The position numbers were made by a program, and so were the translations under genes. The notes below the pieces were generated by a model. It was not told the origin of the DNA. It made no database searches and saw nothing but the letters and a program-made list of their open reading frames with translations. Positions 9,407 to 19,211 of a DNA stretch of 32,000 bases are shown here, one piece after another. How positions within the stretch are numbered: position 1 is the first letter of the stretch; every line of letters starts with the position of its first letter. This DNA comes from Vibrio vulnificus CMCP6 (GTDB taxonomy: Bacteria > Pseudomonadota > Gammaproteobacteria > Enterobacterales > Vibrionaceae): NCBI RefSeq assembly GCF_000039765.1, contig NC_004460.2, forward strand, positions 780,001 to 812,000, given 5' to 3'.

Positions 9407-9548
9407 CTGCTATTCACCAAATGAACCAATACCGTTGCCGCTGAGGAAAACCGCAGAGACATCGGTATTGAGCATTTGACCACGAGCAGAACGGAACTCG
9501 TGTCCCCAATCATCGCTTTGGTGCAACCTATCGATGCACTAGTGTTTG

Positions 9549-11213
9549 TCACCAATCCATAGTTTGTAGAAATCGCTGTAGCCCTGTTTTACGCACTTGA
9601 ATACCTTGGACTTGCTGGGCTTTAGTGATCTCTTCTCGCCCGACAAACAAAGGTAAACAACGGTGGTCTTGGTACAACGCTCGCTCAATAGTTTGTAGTA
9701 AAGGCAAAGGTTCAGTCTGCCCCACGGCCAACGCAATCTCTGCTTTGTGCGATTGCCACTGCTCTTGATTGAGTGCAAAGCGAAGGCCCGATGCGATAAG
9801 CAACCATTCGTACAACCCGTATTCAAGAGGCGCTTCAATCACCTCCTCAATAAACAATACGTCAGCGATGTCGCGTACGCTTTCGGGTCTACTGATTTCT
9901 GTTAGCTCAACGACGTCTAGTTCCAATCCGGTTGAGCGAATCGTCTCATGCAGCCACGCAGCAATATCGGCGAGATATGGGATGGTCCATTTGGGCTCTG
10001 CCAGTACTAATCTGCCAGACAAACAAGGAGGCGCGATCAAATCCGCCTTTTGTAACCGTGATTGACGAGCAGACAGCTGGAAATCGATACCATCAACCGC
10101 GTTTTGCCGATCAAAATACACTTTGGCTCGCTCAAGAAAATGATATAACTGTTGCCATGTGTCTGATGAGATGCCACTTTGTTGACGACGATGGTAGGTT
10201 AAGTACGAGAAAGCACTAATTTGAGTGACCTCTTTATCACCCTCTTCATTATTGAAACTCATCGCGTTGAACAGAGACTCTTGAGCGTGGGACAGCGTTA
10301 TTTTGTGCAATAGCGCTTTTTCTGCAAAATATTCGTTATGGCGCATCAAAATGAGTCGGTCGCGATTCCAACGCTCGATACGAAACGGTCCGGTACCAAC
10401 AAAATAGCAATGGCTCTGATCGCACTTAACAGAGTCAGGACAGACAATGGCAGAGTGAGGCATCGCAAGAAGATAAGGAAAAAGTTGATTCGCATGCCTT
10501 AGTGATATTTCAATTTGTGTCGCACTTTTCACCAAGACCTGTTCCATCTCTTCATACAGATGCAATACCGGCCCTTGTGAATGACTTAGTCGCTCTAGGC
10601 TCCACGCGACGTGTTGCGCAGAAAGTATTTTTCCATCATGACGCACAATATCGGGCCTTAACCATATGTGCAGTTTTCTTCCTTCAATGTGCCAAGCGTG
10701 CGCAAGTGAAGGTTTCAATTCTCCGTATTCATCTTGTTTAAACAAGGTATCGTATACGCTTTTGATCACCTGTAGCTCCGCCAAACGCATGGTGCAAAGT
10801 GGATCTAGCGTATCAACCCAAGGATATTGGGTTACCAATAATTGATTATTCTCTTCATTCGTTTGATTTTGTCTTTCTGTCGCTTGTGTCAGAGCGCGAA
10901 TCGTGGCTTGACCATAGATCTCAAGCAAACGGGTGATGAGTGCAAATCGACCATGCTTTAACTCTTCTGCTATGACATCACACAATGCCTCATCAAATGA
11001 AGAAACCACTTTTAGTTGGCTTGTGCGACTGCGGCCGACTGAAGGTTGCCACTCAATCCATCCCGATCCAGAAAGGTTCTTCATCACAATGGAGGTGTTT
11101 CTTCTTGAAGTCGACAGTGTTTTTTCCAAGTCGTCGATATTGACAGAGTGACAGGTGTACAACTCATATCGCGACAACAGCTGATGAAATCGTCTTAAAT
11201 TTATTTCGCTCAC
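9549..11213 (-). CDS. sgrR: SgrR-like transcriptional regulator (N-terminal HTH plus solute-binding domain)
   Basis: 554 aa; N-terminal HTH (STSRRNTSIVMKNLSGSGWIEWQPSVGRSRTSQL), then SBP_bac_5-like region (LDPLCTMRLAELQVIKSVYDTLFK...LKPSLAHAWHIEGRKLHIWLRPDIVRHDGKILSAQHVAWSLERL). Confidence 0.8.
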   Translation of the reverse strand: MSEINLRRFHQLLSRYELYTCHSVNIDDLEKTLSTSRRNTSIVMKNLSGSGWIEWQPSVGRSRTSQLKVVSSFDEALCDVIAEELKHGRFALITRLLEIYGQATIRALTQATERQNQTNEENNQLLVTQYPWVDTLDPLCTMRLAELQVIKSVYDTLFKQDEYGELKPSLAHAWHIEGRKLHIWLRPDIVRHDGKILSAQHVAWSLERLSHSQGPVLHLYEEMEQVLVKSATQIEISLRHANQLFPYLLAMPHSAIVCPDSVKCDQSHCYFVGTGPFRIERWNRDRLILMRHNEYFAEKALLHKITLSHAQESLFNAMSFNNEEGDKEVTQISAFSYLTYHRRQQSGISSDTWQQLYHFLERAKVYFDRQNAVDGIDFQLSARQSRLQKADLIAPPCLSGRLVLAEPKWTIPYLADIAAWLHETIRSTGLELDVVELTEISRPESVRDIADVLFIEEVIEAPLEYGLYEWLLIASGLRFALNQEQWQSHKAEIALAVGQTEPLPLLQTIERALYQDHRCLPLFVGREEITKAQQVQGIQVRKTGLQRFLQTMDW

Positions 11214-11607
11214 AATAGCTTTTTATGTTTTGCCAATGGATGAAAGATGACCATAAAGCCAGTCAGTGTCTGCTCCCACTTTATGCAGACTCATCAAAAC
11301 ATTGGGTAATTTATAGTTATTAAAATAGCACAGAGACTCTAACTAGATGGAGCCTCTGTGAAAGTGGGTACGGTAGATAATAGCTGTCCCCTACAGTAAG
11401 AACATTGATCGACTAGCGTCTTTGTTCAAAAAGAAAAGCCGTTTTACCCAAATCAGGTAAACACGTGTGCAGTGTCGCTCATTCGGAGCAACGAAAATAG
11501 GAATAATTAATAGAAAATAGTGCGCGTTTTATGCAGGTGCATATCAATGTAGAGTCATCAACCACCACAAAAGTGCTTGAGTGTCTTTCAAAGGTGACAA
11601 GCAGAAA

Positions 11608-11640
11608 AAGCGCACTGCTGGTTTTACATGCAGTGCGCTT
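11608..11640 (-). terminator. Rho-independent terminator downstream of phaC
   Basis: AAGCGCACTGC / GCAGTGCGCTT, 11-bp perfect stem followed by a T run on the minus strand. Confidence 0.85.
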
Positions 11641-11655
11641 AGGTTGGAGCCAAGG

Positions 11656-13428
11656 TTATTCTGTAATCGGTAGTACCTGCTTGACATACTGTCCTGGAGC
11701 AATGTCGATAACCGGATTGGCTTCCGAGCCTTGACGGTAAGGAAGCACTTTTTCAGCCGGATTAAACTGCGTTAACCACTGATCCCAGTGTGTCCACCAA
11801 GAGCCTTCTTTATGCTGTGCATTGGAGAGCCACTCGTCGGCCGACTCATCGAGATTGTCGTTCACCCAGAAGCCGTACTTGTTCTTTGCCGGTGGGTTAA
11901 CAATACCCGCAATATGACCCGATTCACCTAGTACAAAGGTTTTATTGCCGCCCATATTAAGCGCGCCTCGATAAGTGCCTTGCCACAACGCGATATGGTC
12001 TTCTTTGGTTGAAATAAAGTAACTCGGTATACGGATCTTATCGAGATCAATCCAAACACCGCCAATTTTCACGCCTTTGTCTTGAACAAGTTTGTTGTTC
12101 AAATACAGCTCACGCAGCATAAAATTGTGGGTTGCCGCCGCCACATTGGTACTGTCGCTATTCCAATACAACAAATCAAAGTCAACAGGGCTGCTGCCTT
12201 TTAAGTAGTTGTCGACGTAATAGTTCCAGTAGAGGCTGTTTTCGCGTAGCAGACTGAACGTCACACTTAACGAACGACCATCCATGTAACCTTTGGCGTT
12301 ATTTTGCAGCTCAATGGCACTAATGATGGTGTCATTAATGTAAGCACCCACTTCGCCTGGTTGGGAGAAATCGAGTAGCGTTGTAAAGAAGGTCGCTGAC
12401 TTTATGCGCTTTTTCATGCGCTTCGCCGCATAGTAACCAACCGTACACGCCAATACAGTGCCACCAATGCAGTAACCCGCTGCGTTAATCTGCTCTTGAC
12501 CCGTAATTTCTTCAATCGCAGTCACAGCCTTGACGACCCCTTCGGTCACATAATCCCCGAACTCGACATTGGCTTGCGCTTTACCCGGGTTTTTCCACGA
12601 CATCATAAACACGCTGTGGCCTTGTTCTAGCAGCCAGCGAACCATGGAGTTTTTGGCCGTGAGATCAAGGATATAGTATTTATTAATGAAGGGAGGAACG
12701 ATCAAAAGCGGAGTGGCGTTCACTTGCTCTGTCAACGGACGATATTGAATCAATTCAAACAGATCATTTTGGAAAACGATGTCACCCGCCGTTGTCGCAA
12801 TGTCTTCACCAATGCGAAATGCATTGTTGTTGGTCATGCGAATTTTGAGAATGTCTGCGCTCGACTCAACGTCTTCTCTCAGCAGTTCCATCCCCGCGAG
12901 TAAGTTTTCACCATTTTTTTCGATCGTCAATTTCAACAACTCTGGGTTGGTCGCGATGAAGTTTGATGGAGAAAGTGCGTTAATGGCTTGACGAGAGAAA
13001 AAGCTAATGCGCTCTTTGGTTTTTTCATCCAGACCTTCTATAGCGTCAATGGTATCCATATAGGTCTTGCTGAATAAAAGGTAAGACTGTTTGATAAAGC
13101 TATACATAGCTTCGGACTGCCACGCTTCGTTTGAGAAACGCTTATCCCCTTTGTCCGCTTCAATGATACTTTGAGTATTGCCAGATAGTGCAACATTCTG
13201 CCAAATTTGCAGTTGTTGCTCCCACCACTGCGTTTGCAGTTGCAGAATGGCTTGTGGTTGATTCGCCGCTTTTTCAAAGAATTTCGCGGTATCCTCAAAG
13301 TTCACTTCTTGCATTGCCTTGTTTAAAGGAGAATTGACGGCTGCCTTGCCAACTTCAAAATCCTGCCACCACTGTTGATTGGTCTCTTGGAGCTTAACAA
13401 GATAGTCCGAAAAGAAGTGCTGTAACAT
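11656..13428 (-). CDS. phaC: Class I poly(3-hydroxyalkanoate) synthase
   Basis: 590 aa; lipase-box-like GYCIGGT, PLLIVPPFINKYYILDL, TKEDHIALW, GHIAGIVNPP. Confidence 0.94.
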   Translation of the reverse strand: MLQHFFSDYLVKLQETNQQWWQDFEVGKAAVNSPLNKAMQEVNFEDTAKFFEKAANQPQAILQLQTQWWEQQLQIWQNVALSGNTQSIIEADKGDKRFSNEAWQSEAMYSFIKQSYLLFSKTYMDTIDAIEGLDEKTKERISFFSRQAINALSPSNFIATNPELLKLTIEKNGENLLAGMELLREDVESSADILKIRMTNNNAFRIGEDIATTAGDIVFQNDLFELIQYRPLTEQVNATPLLIVPPFINKYYILDLTAKNSMVRWLLEQGHSVFMMSWKNPGKAQANVEFGDYVTEGVVKAVTAIEEITGQEQINAAGYCIGGTVLACTVGYYAAKRMKKRIKSATFFTTLLDFSQPGEVGAYINDTIISAIELQNNAKGYMDGRSLSVTFSLLRENSLYWNYYVDNYLKGSSPVDFDLLYWNSDSTNVAAATHNFMLRELYLNNKLVQDKGVKIGGVWIDLDKIRIPSYFISTKEDHIALWQGTYRGALNMGGNKTFVLGESGHIAGIVNPPAKNKYGFWVNDNLDESADEWLSNAQHKEGSWWTHWDQWLTQFNPAEKVLPYRQGSEANPVIDIAPGQYVKQVLPITE

Positions 13429-13489
13429 AATGGTACTCCCTGATTCGGAAAAAAACGCCGCCTAACTGGCGGCGTAATAGTGGGACTAG

Positions 13490-13837
13490 TTACGCTGGGG
13501 TAACAGTCTTAAGGTTTTCCGAAGTTAGCTTCTCAACGTCGTCTTTGAACTCTTTAGCAATCGCTTGAAGTTTATTGCTGTCGTCTAGCATCTGCTGAGA
13601 AAGCTTAGTCAGTACATTCAGTTGTTGACCGTTAAAAGAAGCCAATGACGTCACATCTTTCACTTCAGATGCCGCTTTCATTTGCGCTAGACCCATTTCG
13701 CTGTATGTGCGAATCGCGTTTAGCTGAAGCTCTGTCAGTACTTCAACATTTTTTGTCACAAGCTTGTTGAACTTGAAGTATGGCTGAAGATTTTTTTCTG
13801 TTTGATCACTGAAAGTTTTGAAAAAATCCGTATACAT
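13490..13837 (-). CDS. phaP: Phasin family protein
   Basis: 115 aa amphipathic helical protein (MYTDFFKTFSDQTEKNLQPYFKFNKLVTKNVEVLTELQLNAIRTYSEMGLAQMKAASEV) inside the pha operon. Confidence 0.85.
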   Translation of the reverse strand: MYTDFFKTFSDQTEKNLQPYFKFNKLVTKNVEVLTELQLNAIRTYSEMGLAQMKAASEVKDVTSLASFNGQQLNVLTKLSQQMLDDSNKLQAIAKEFKDDVEKLTSENLKTVTPA

Positions 13838-13877
13838 TGTGTGTCTCCTAACAATTGTAGATGTTGTTTAATCCGTA

Positions 13878-15086
13878 TTACTTAACTGCTTTCACAATCA
13901 CTGCCGTTCCCATACCGCCACCAACACATAGTGACGCAACGCCATACTGACCGTTTTGTTTTTGAAGCTCATGAATTAACGTCACGAGAATTCGGTTACC
14001 CGACGCACCTAGTGGATGCCCTAACGCGATTGCACCACCATTCGGGTTCGCTTTGTCTTGAATCGATGTCACTGGCACTTGGTGTTTATCGGCAAGCTGA
14101 TGAATCACGCCTAGTGCTTGTGCGGCAAAGGCTTCATTCAACTCATACACATCAATGTCTGCTGTATTCAGTTGTGCTTTTTCAAGCGCTTTGCTAACCG
14201 CCTCAACAGGACCTAAGCCCATGATTTTTGGGTCAAGGCCAGACTGTGCGTAACTCACCACTTCTGCGATAGGTTGCAAACCGTATTCTTTCACTGCTTG
14301 CTCGGATGCCAGAATGACGGCACTCGCCCCATCATTAATGCCAGAAGCATTGCCCGCAGTGACCGTGCCTTCTTTATCAAAGGCAGGGCGTAACCCTTTT
14401 AGCGCTTCAAGCGTTGCGTTGGCTTTTGGATATTCATCGGTATCAAACGTCACTGTTTGGCGACGTACGGTCACTTCAACGGGCACAATTTCGTCTTTAA
14501 ATTTGCCAGCTTCTATCGCCGCTACTGCTTTCTGTTGACTCGCCAATGCATATTCATCTTGCTGATCACGAGTAATGCCCACTTCTTTCGCGACATTTTC
14601 TGCTGTAACGCCCATATGGTATTGATTGAAAACATCAGTCAAACCATCAGCAATCAGCAAATCTTGCAGTGCCATATGGCCCATCTTGTTGCCATCACGA
14701 ACGTTTGCAGGTACTGTAAATGGGATTTGTGACATCACTTCGACACCAGCAGCAACCACCACTTTTGCGTCGCCACTGCGAATATGAGAAACGCCATCCA
14801 TGACGGTTTTCATGCCACTGCCACACACCATATTGAGGGTGTAAGCCGGAACTTCTGCTGGAATACCTGCTAGGATTGCGGCTTGACGGCCAATGCCCAT
14901 ACCTTGCGCAGCACTCACCACATTACCCACGATCACTTCATCAATCAGTGAAGCATCCACTTTGGCTTGTTCAATTGCACCTTTGATGGCAACAGATGCC
15001 AATTCTCCAGCTGCTACCGTTTTCAACGAGCCGCCAAAAGCGCCAATCGGGGTACGTTTGGCCGCAACAATAAATACTTTTTCCAT
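13878..15086 (-). CDS. phaA: Acetyl-CoA acetyltransferase (beta-ketothiolase)
   Basis: 402 aa thiolase: NMVCGSGMKTV, NASGINDGASAVILAS, NPNGGAIALGHPLGASG, CVGGGMG. Confidence 0.94.
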   Translation of the reverse strand: MEKVFIVAAKRTPIGAFGGSLKTVAAGELASVAIKGAIEQAKVDASLIDEVIVGNVVSAAQGMGIGRQAAILAGIPAEVPAYTLNMVCGSGMKTVMDGVSHIRSGDAKVVVAAGVEVMSQIPFTVPANVRDGNKMGHMALQDLLIADGLTDVFNQYHMGVTAENVAKEVGITRDQQDEYALASQQKAVAAIEAGKFKDEIVPVEVTVRRQTVTFDTDEYPKANATLEALKGLRPAFDKEGTVTAGNASGINDGASAVILASEQAVKEYGLQPIAEVVSYAQSGLDPKIMGLGPVEAVSKALEKAQLNTADIDVYELNEAFAAQALGVIHQLADKHQVPVTSIQDKANPNGGAIALGHPLGASGNRILVTLIHELQKQNGQYGVASLCVGGGMGTAVIVKAVK

Positions 15087-15098
15087 CTCAACATCCCT

Positions 15099-15838
15099 TT
15101 AATGCATGTATAAGCCGCCGTTTACCGACAGCGTTTCACCAGTAATGTATGCGCCTGCATCGCTCACCAAGAAAGCAACCGCTTTGGCGATTTCTTCTGG
15201 TGTTGCCAGTCTTTGCATAGGAATTTGAGATTTGATGCCTTCGAGCACTTCATCGCGCATTTGCTCGACCATCGGTGTAGCGGTGTAACCTGGAGCAACG
15301 ACATTGACCGTCACACCACTGCGGGCACCTTCGTAAGCGAGGGCTTTGGAAAAGCCGATCATGCCAGCTTTAGCCGCAGAATAGTTAGCTTGACCAAACT
15401 GACCTTTAAGGCCATTTACAGAAGAAATATTGATCACTCGACCCCCCCCTTTTTCGCACATGGCGGCAAAGAGCGGTTGAGTCACGTTGAACACACTGTT
15501 GAGGTTAGTATTAATGACATCAAACCAAGATTGCGGGGTCATTTTCTTAAACACCCCATCACGAGTAATACCGGCATTATTGACGACGACGTCGATCGTC
15601 CCCTCTTCTTCCAGTAACTTACTCAAGCGGTCGGCACACTCTTCTGTATTCGTCACATCCAGTTCAAATAAGCGGACCTGATCTTCTGTAAAGCCTTTTT
15701 CATTAAACCAATCTAACGCACATTGATGATTTCCCGTGTAATAAGTAGCAATAAACGGTAACCATTTTCAACAAGTTGGGAAGAAATTGCAGAACCAATC
15801 CCGCCTTTTGATCCAGTGATCAAAGCGACTTTTTTCAT
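15099..15838 (-). CDS. phaB: Acetoacetyl-CoA reductase (SDR family), with an apparent 1-nt frameshift near the N-terminus
   Basis: The track ORF begins at an internal GTG (15656): MTNTEECADRLSKLLEEEGTIDVVVNNAGITRDGVFKKM...YSAAKAGMIGFSKALAYE. The SDR Rossmann start MKKVALITGSKGGIGSAISSQLVENGYR is encoded from ATG 15838 in a different frame. Confidence 0.88.
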
Positions 15839-16301
15839 CTAAGAACTCCATTCTTAACAGCAAAAAATTTAGCGCACATCCATTGGCAAATAATACCAAC
15901 TGACAAATTAAATATTATTCAATGTGTCTTCACTGACACTTATCTATATATTTAAGCTAACTTAGAAATGTGACATTTCAAATAAAATTTGAAAAATTGC
16001 GCATAAGGTTGAGCTAGATCCCATAAGGAATGAAATGTTATAAAAAGGTTAATGACGACGATAAGTATTTTAAAACAATAACTTACAACGACTCACTTTT
16101 GAGATATGCAATTGTAAGCATTTGTTAGGAAAGGGATTTTCTCTTTTTGCGTGTTACATAACAGATATGAACAGAAACTCAGACATTATACTTAAGTATA
16201 AATAAATCAATAAACACAGTGCTATTTAATGATAAACAACAAAATTAAGTTCTCTTTCATACTAATGGAACATATATATATTTCCATTTTTTTGCTCGCA
16301 T

Positions 16302-16337
16302 AAAATAAAAGCCACAATTATCTGTGGCTTTTATTTT
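16302..16337 (-). terminator. Terminator downstream of secF (near-symmetric, could work bidirectionally)
   Basis: AAAATAAAAGCCACA-ATTATC-TGTGGCTTTTATTTT, 15-bp perfect stem. Confidence 0.85.
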
Positions 16338-17295
16338 TAGTCTTGTTGGTTTATTCCAAAGTTATTATTAACTTCGAATAAAGATGCTGCTCTTTTATGG
16401 TGCAGTGTCCACTGTACTGGTAAATAGTGCTCCGGTTTTAAATGCAGCCATTCTGGCAACACGGTACCGATCGAGATAGATGACCATGTACCCGATAGCA
16501 CACCAATAAACATCGCGGTCGAGAAGCCTCCAATGCATTACCGCCCATAAACCATAGTGCGGCAATCGTAATTAAGGTGGTTCCCGATGTCACCATTGTG
16601 CGCGAGAAGGTTCCTAGTACCGCTTGGTCGTTAATGTTTTCCGTGGTTTCATTCTGTTTGGCAATCAGCAATTCTCGTATCCGGTCCGCAATGATAATTG
16701 AGTCGTTCAATGAATAACCAAGGATAGCGAGTATGGCGGCAAATACCGTTAGGTTGAACTCCATTTGTGTGATCGCAAAAAAACCCAACACAAGCACCAC
16801 ATCGTGAAGCAGTGCGAGTAGAGAACCACTCGCTAAGCGCCATTCAAAACGGAAACAAAGATACCCGAGAATACACAAGATGCTGATCAACAACGCCATA
16901 CCACCTTGATCAACAAGATCTTGGCCAACTTGCGAGCCGACTACGCTGTTGCTGATGGTGGTGACATGATGAGACACACCATCTAACACTTGCTGAATGT
17001 TTGGTGCTTGAGTTTCCCCTTCAGGAAGAGAGTAACGAATAATCCATCTCCCCTCTTCACCCGATTTAGTGACCGTTGTTGACTCACCTAATACGGGTTT
17101 TAATTGATCCAGAAGTTGGTGATTGGTTAACCCTGCGTCCAACTTCACTTCGGTCACCATCCCTCCAGTAAAGTCCAGACCTAAATTTAAGCCACGCAGG
17201 CCCAATGCCACTAAAGAGACCACCATCAACGCCAAGGAAATCACGCTGGTTAGGTAGCGGATAGCGCGGATGTGTTTTTTCATAAATTCAACCAT
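16337..17295 (-). CDS. secF: Protein translocase subunit SecF, with an apparent 1-nt frameshift near the C-terminus
   Basis: MKKHIRAIRYLTSVISLALMVVSLVALGLRGLNLGLDFTGG... is SecF. The track tail after WFMGGNALEAS (RPRCLLVCYR...) is atypical, whereas the adjacent frame gives FSTAMFIGVLSGTWSSISIGTVLPEWLHLKPEHYLPVQWTLHHKRAASLFEVNNNFGINQQD*, ending at the terminator. Confidence 0.88.
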
Positions 17296-17297
17296 GG

Positions 17298-19142
17298 TTA
17301 TACCCTCACATTACGACGACTATCTTTACCCCACACCAAATTGATCATGGCGCGAGAGGCAAACACTCCAGTAAACATACTGGTTAAAAGCCCTAGACCT
17401 AACGTTAAGGCAAAACCTTGGATCGGTCCGTTACCGATGGCATACAGCACAACAGCAGTAATCATGGTCGTAATGTTGGCATCGAGAATGGTGGCAAACG
17501 CGCTGTCAAAGCCGCTATCGATGGCCTGCGCTAAACTGCGTCCTTCTCGCATCTTATCTTTGATTCGCTCAAAAATAATCACGTTCGTATCCACGGCCAT
17601 ACCAACGGTCAACACCAGACCTGCGATCCCAGGTAAGGTTAATACGGCCCCCGGTAGCAGGGCGATTAGGCCAAGCAAACAAAGCATGTTTGCAACAAGT
17701 GCAACGTTTGCAACCCAGCCTAAACGGCGATACCACAGCGCCATAAACGTCAGTGTTAAGCCCATACCGAGAGCAAGTGCCGCAAAGCCATTTTGGATGT
17801 TTTCAGCCCCCAATGAGGCGCCAATGGTGCGCTCTTCAACAATCGAAACTGGCGCAGTCAACGAACCAGCACGAAGCAATAACGCAAGTTGTTGCGCTTC
17901 ATCCATGCTGCCTGCACCAGTAATACGGAACTGGCTGCCTAATTGTGACTGAATGGTGGCAACGCTAATCACGCGCTCACTACGAGCAATATCACCATTT
18001 TCTTGAGTGGTGTATTCACGATAAACGGTAGCCATTGGCTTACCAATGTGAGTGGCGGAAAAATCGCTCATCTTCTTGCCACCAGCGTGATCCAAAGAGA
18101 TGTTGACTTCCGACATGCCCATCTTGTCGACACCAGCTCGTGCATTGACAATATGCTCACCCGTTAACACCGGTCTCTTTTCAAGCACGACGGAGCGGCC
18201 ATCGGCGTCTTGCAGCACCAAATCATCACCACTTCTGGCATCACTTGGTGATTTGACGGAATAGAATGCTAGGCTCGCCGTTGCACCAATCACGTTCTTC
18301 GCTTGCGCTGGATCTTGCACACCGGGTAACTCAATACGAATGCTGTGAGCGCCTTGACGTTGAACCAACGCTTCAGTAATACCAAGCTCTTCAATTCGAC
18401 CACGCATGATCTTCAAGTTTTGCTGGAGGGTTGTGGTTTGAAACTCCGCAGCATAAGCATCCGAAGGCTTCACTTCCAATGAGTCGGAATGGGTGCGAAC
18501 TTGCCAGTTAGGATAGTTGCTGCGTAGATAGTTGCTCACTTTTTCCAACGCCATCGCGTTGTCGCTTTGTACGGCCAGTTGGGCAGTGTCTGTATTGCGA
18601 ACCTGAACGCCACGAAGTTTTTCCGTGCGCAGCATTGCACGAATTTCATCCGATAAAACATCACGTTGTTCATCGAACGCTTTATCTACATCGACGTTAA
18701 GTAAAAATTGCACACCACCGCGTAAGTCTAGGCCCAACTTGATAGGGTTGAATCCCATATCAGAAAGCCATTGCGGTGCCACAGAAACATAAGAAAAGCT
18801 GATGTTGGCATCATCACCAAGAGTGTTGTCTAAAATTTTTCTCGCTTGGCTTTGCGCATTTTCATCAGAGAAAACTAAGGTCGTCACGCCTTCTTTTTCT
18901 GTCACTTTGTCGACTGAAACCGATTGATGCTCAAGCAAGCCTTTTAGCTGTACAACGTCGTAATGCTCGGTTGTCGGCCCTTTGGCGTTATTTTGATAAG
19001 AAATTTGGATAGAAGGCTGTTCACCAAACCATGTTGGAATTGCGCTTAACGTTAAAATAACCAGTGTCGTAATCAACACCACGTATTTCCAAGCGGAATA
19101 GTGGTTAAGCAACTTCTGCGCTGCTTTATGTTTTTTTGTCAT
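17298..19142 (-). CDS. secD: Protein translocase subunit SecD
   Basis: LGLDLRGGVQFLLNVD, TLPGIAGLVLTVGMAVDTNVIIFERIKDKMREGRS, DANITTMITAVVLY. Start taken at MTKKHK (19142) preceded by GGAGG; the track start (19184) is longer. Confidence 0.92.
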   Translation of the reverse strand: MTKKHKAAQKLLNHYSAWKYVVLITTLVILTLSAIPTWFGEQPSIQISYQNNAKGPTTEHYDVVQLKGLLEHQSVSVDKVTEKEGVTTLVFSDENAQSQARKILDNTLGDDANISFSYVSVAPQWLSDMGFNPIKLGLDLRGGVQFLLNVDVDKAFDEQRDVLSDEIRAMLRTEKLRGVQVRNTDTAQLAVQSDNAMALEKVSNYLRSNYPNWQVRTHSDSLEVKPSDAYAAEFQTTTLQQNLKIMRGRIEELGITEALVQRQGAHSIRIELPGVQDPAQAKNVIGATASLAFYSVKSPSDARSGDDLVLQDADGRSVVLEKRPVLTGEHIVNARAGVDKMGMSEVNISLDHAGGKKMSDFSATHIGKPMATVYREYTTQENGDIARSERVISVATIQSQLGSQFRITGAGSMDEAQQLALLLRAGSLTAPVSIVEERTIGASLGAENIQNGFAALALGMGLTLTFMALWYRRLGWVANVALVANMLCLLGLIALLPGAVLTLPGIAGLVLTVGMAVDTNVIIFERIKDKMREGRSLAQAIDSGFDSAFATILDANITTMITAVVLYAIGNGPIQGFALTLGLGLLTSMFTGVFASRAMINLVWGKDSRRNVRV

Positions 19143-19211
19143 AGAGTTCCCCTCCGTCGCAAAAGACAGAGTTAATACAGTCAAAATAAAATGTGTTTTT
19201 GTTGGACTGAG

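Noticed and set aside
15213-15617. Plus-strand ORF of 134 aa antisense to phaB
   Set aside because: Antisense to a conserved SDR enzyme, no family features.
15839-16301. Possible missed gene in the 460-nt gap upstream of phaB
   Set aside because: AT-rich with no ORF of convincing length in the track; more simply the pha operon promoter region.
17272-17952. Plus-strand ORF of 226 aa antisense to secD
   Set aside because: Overlaps highly conserved SecD sequence; low-complexity antisense-type composition.
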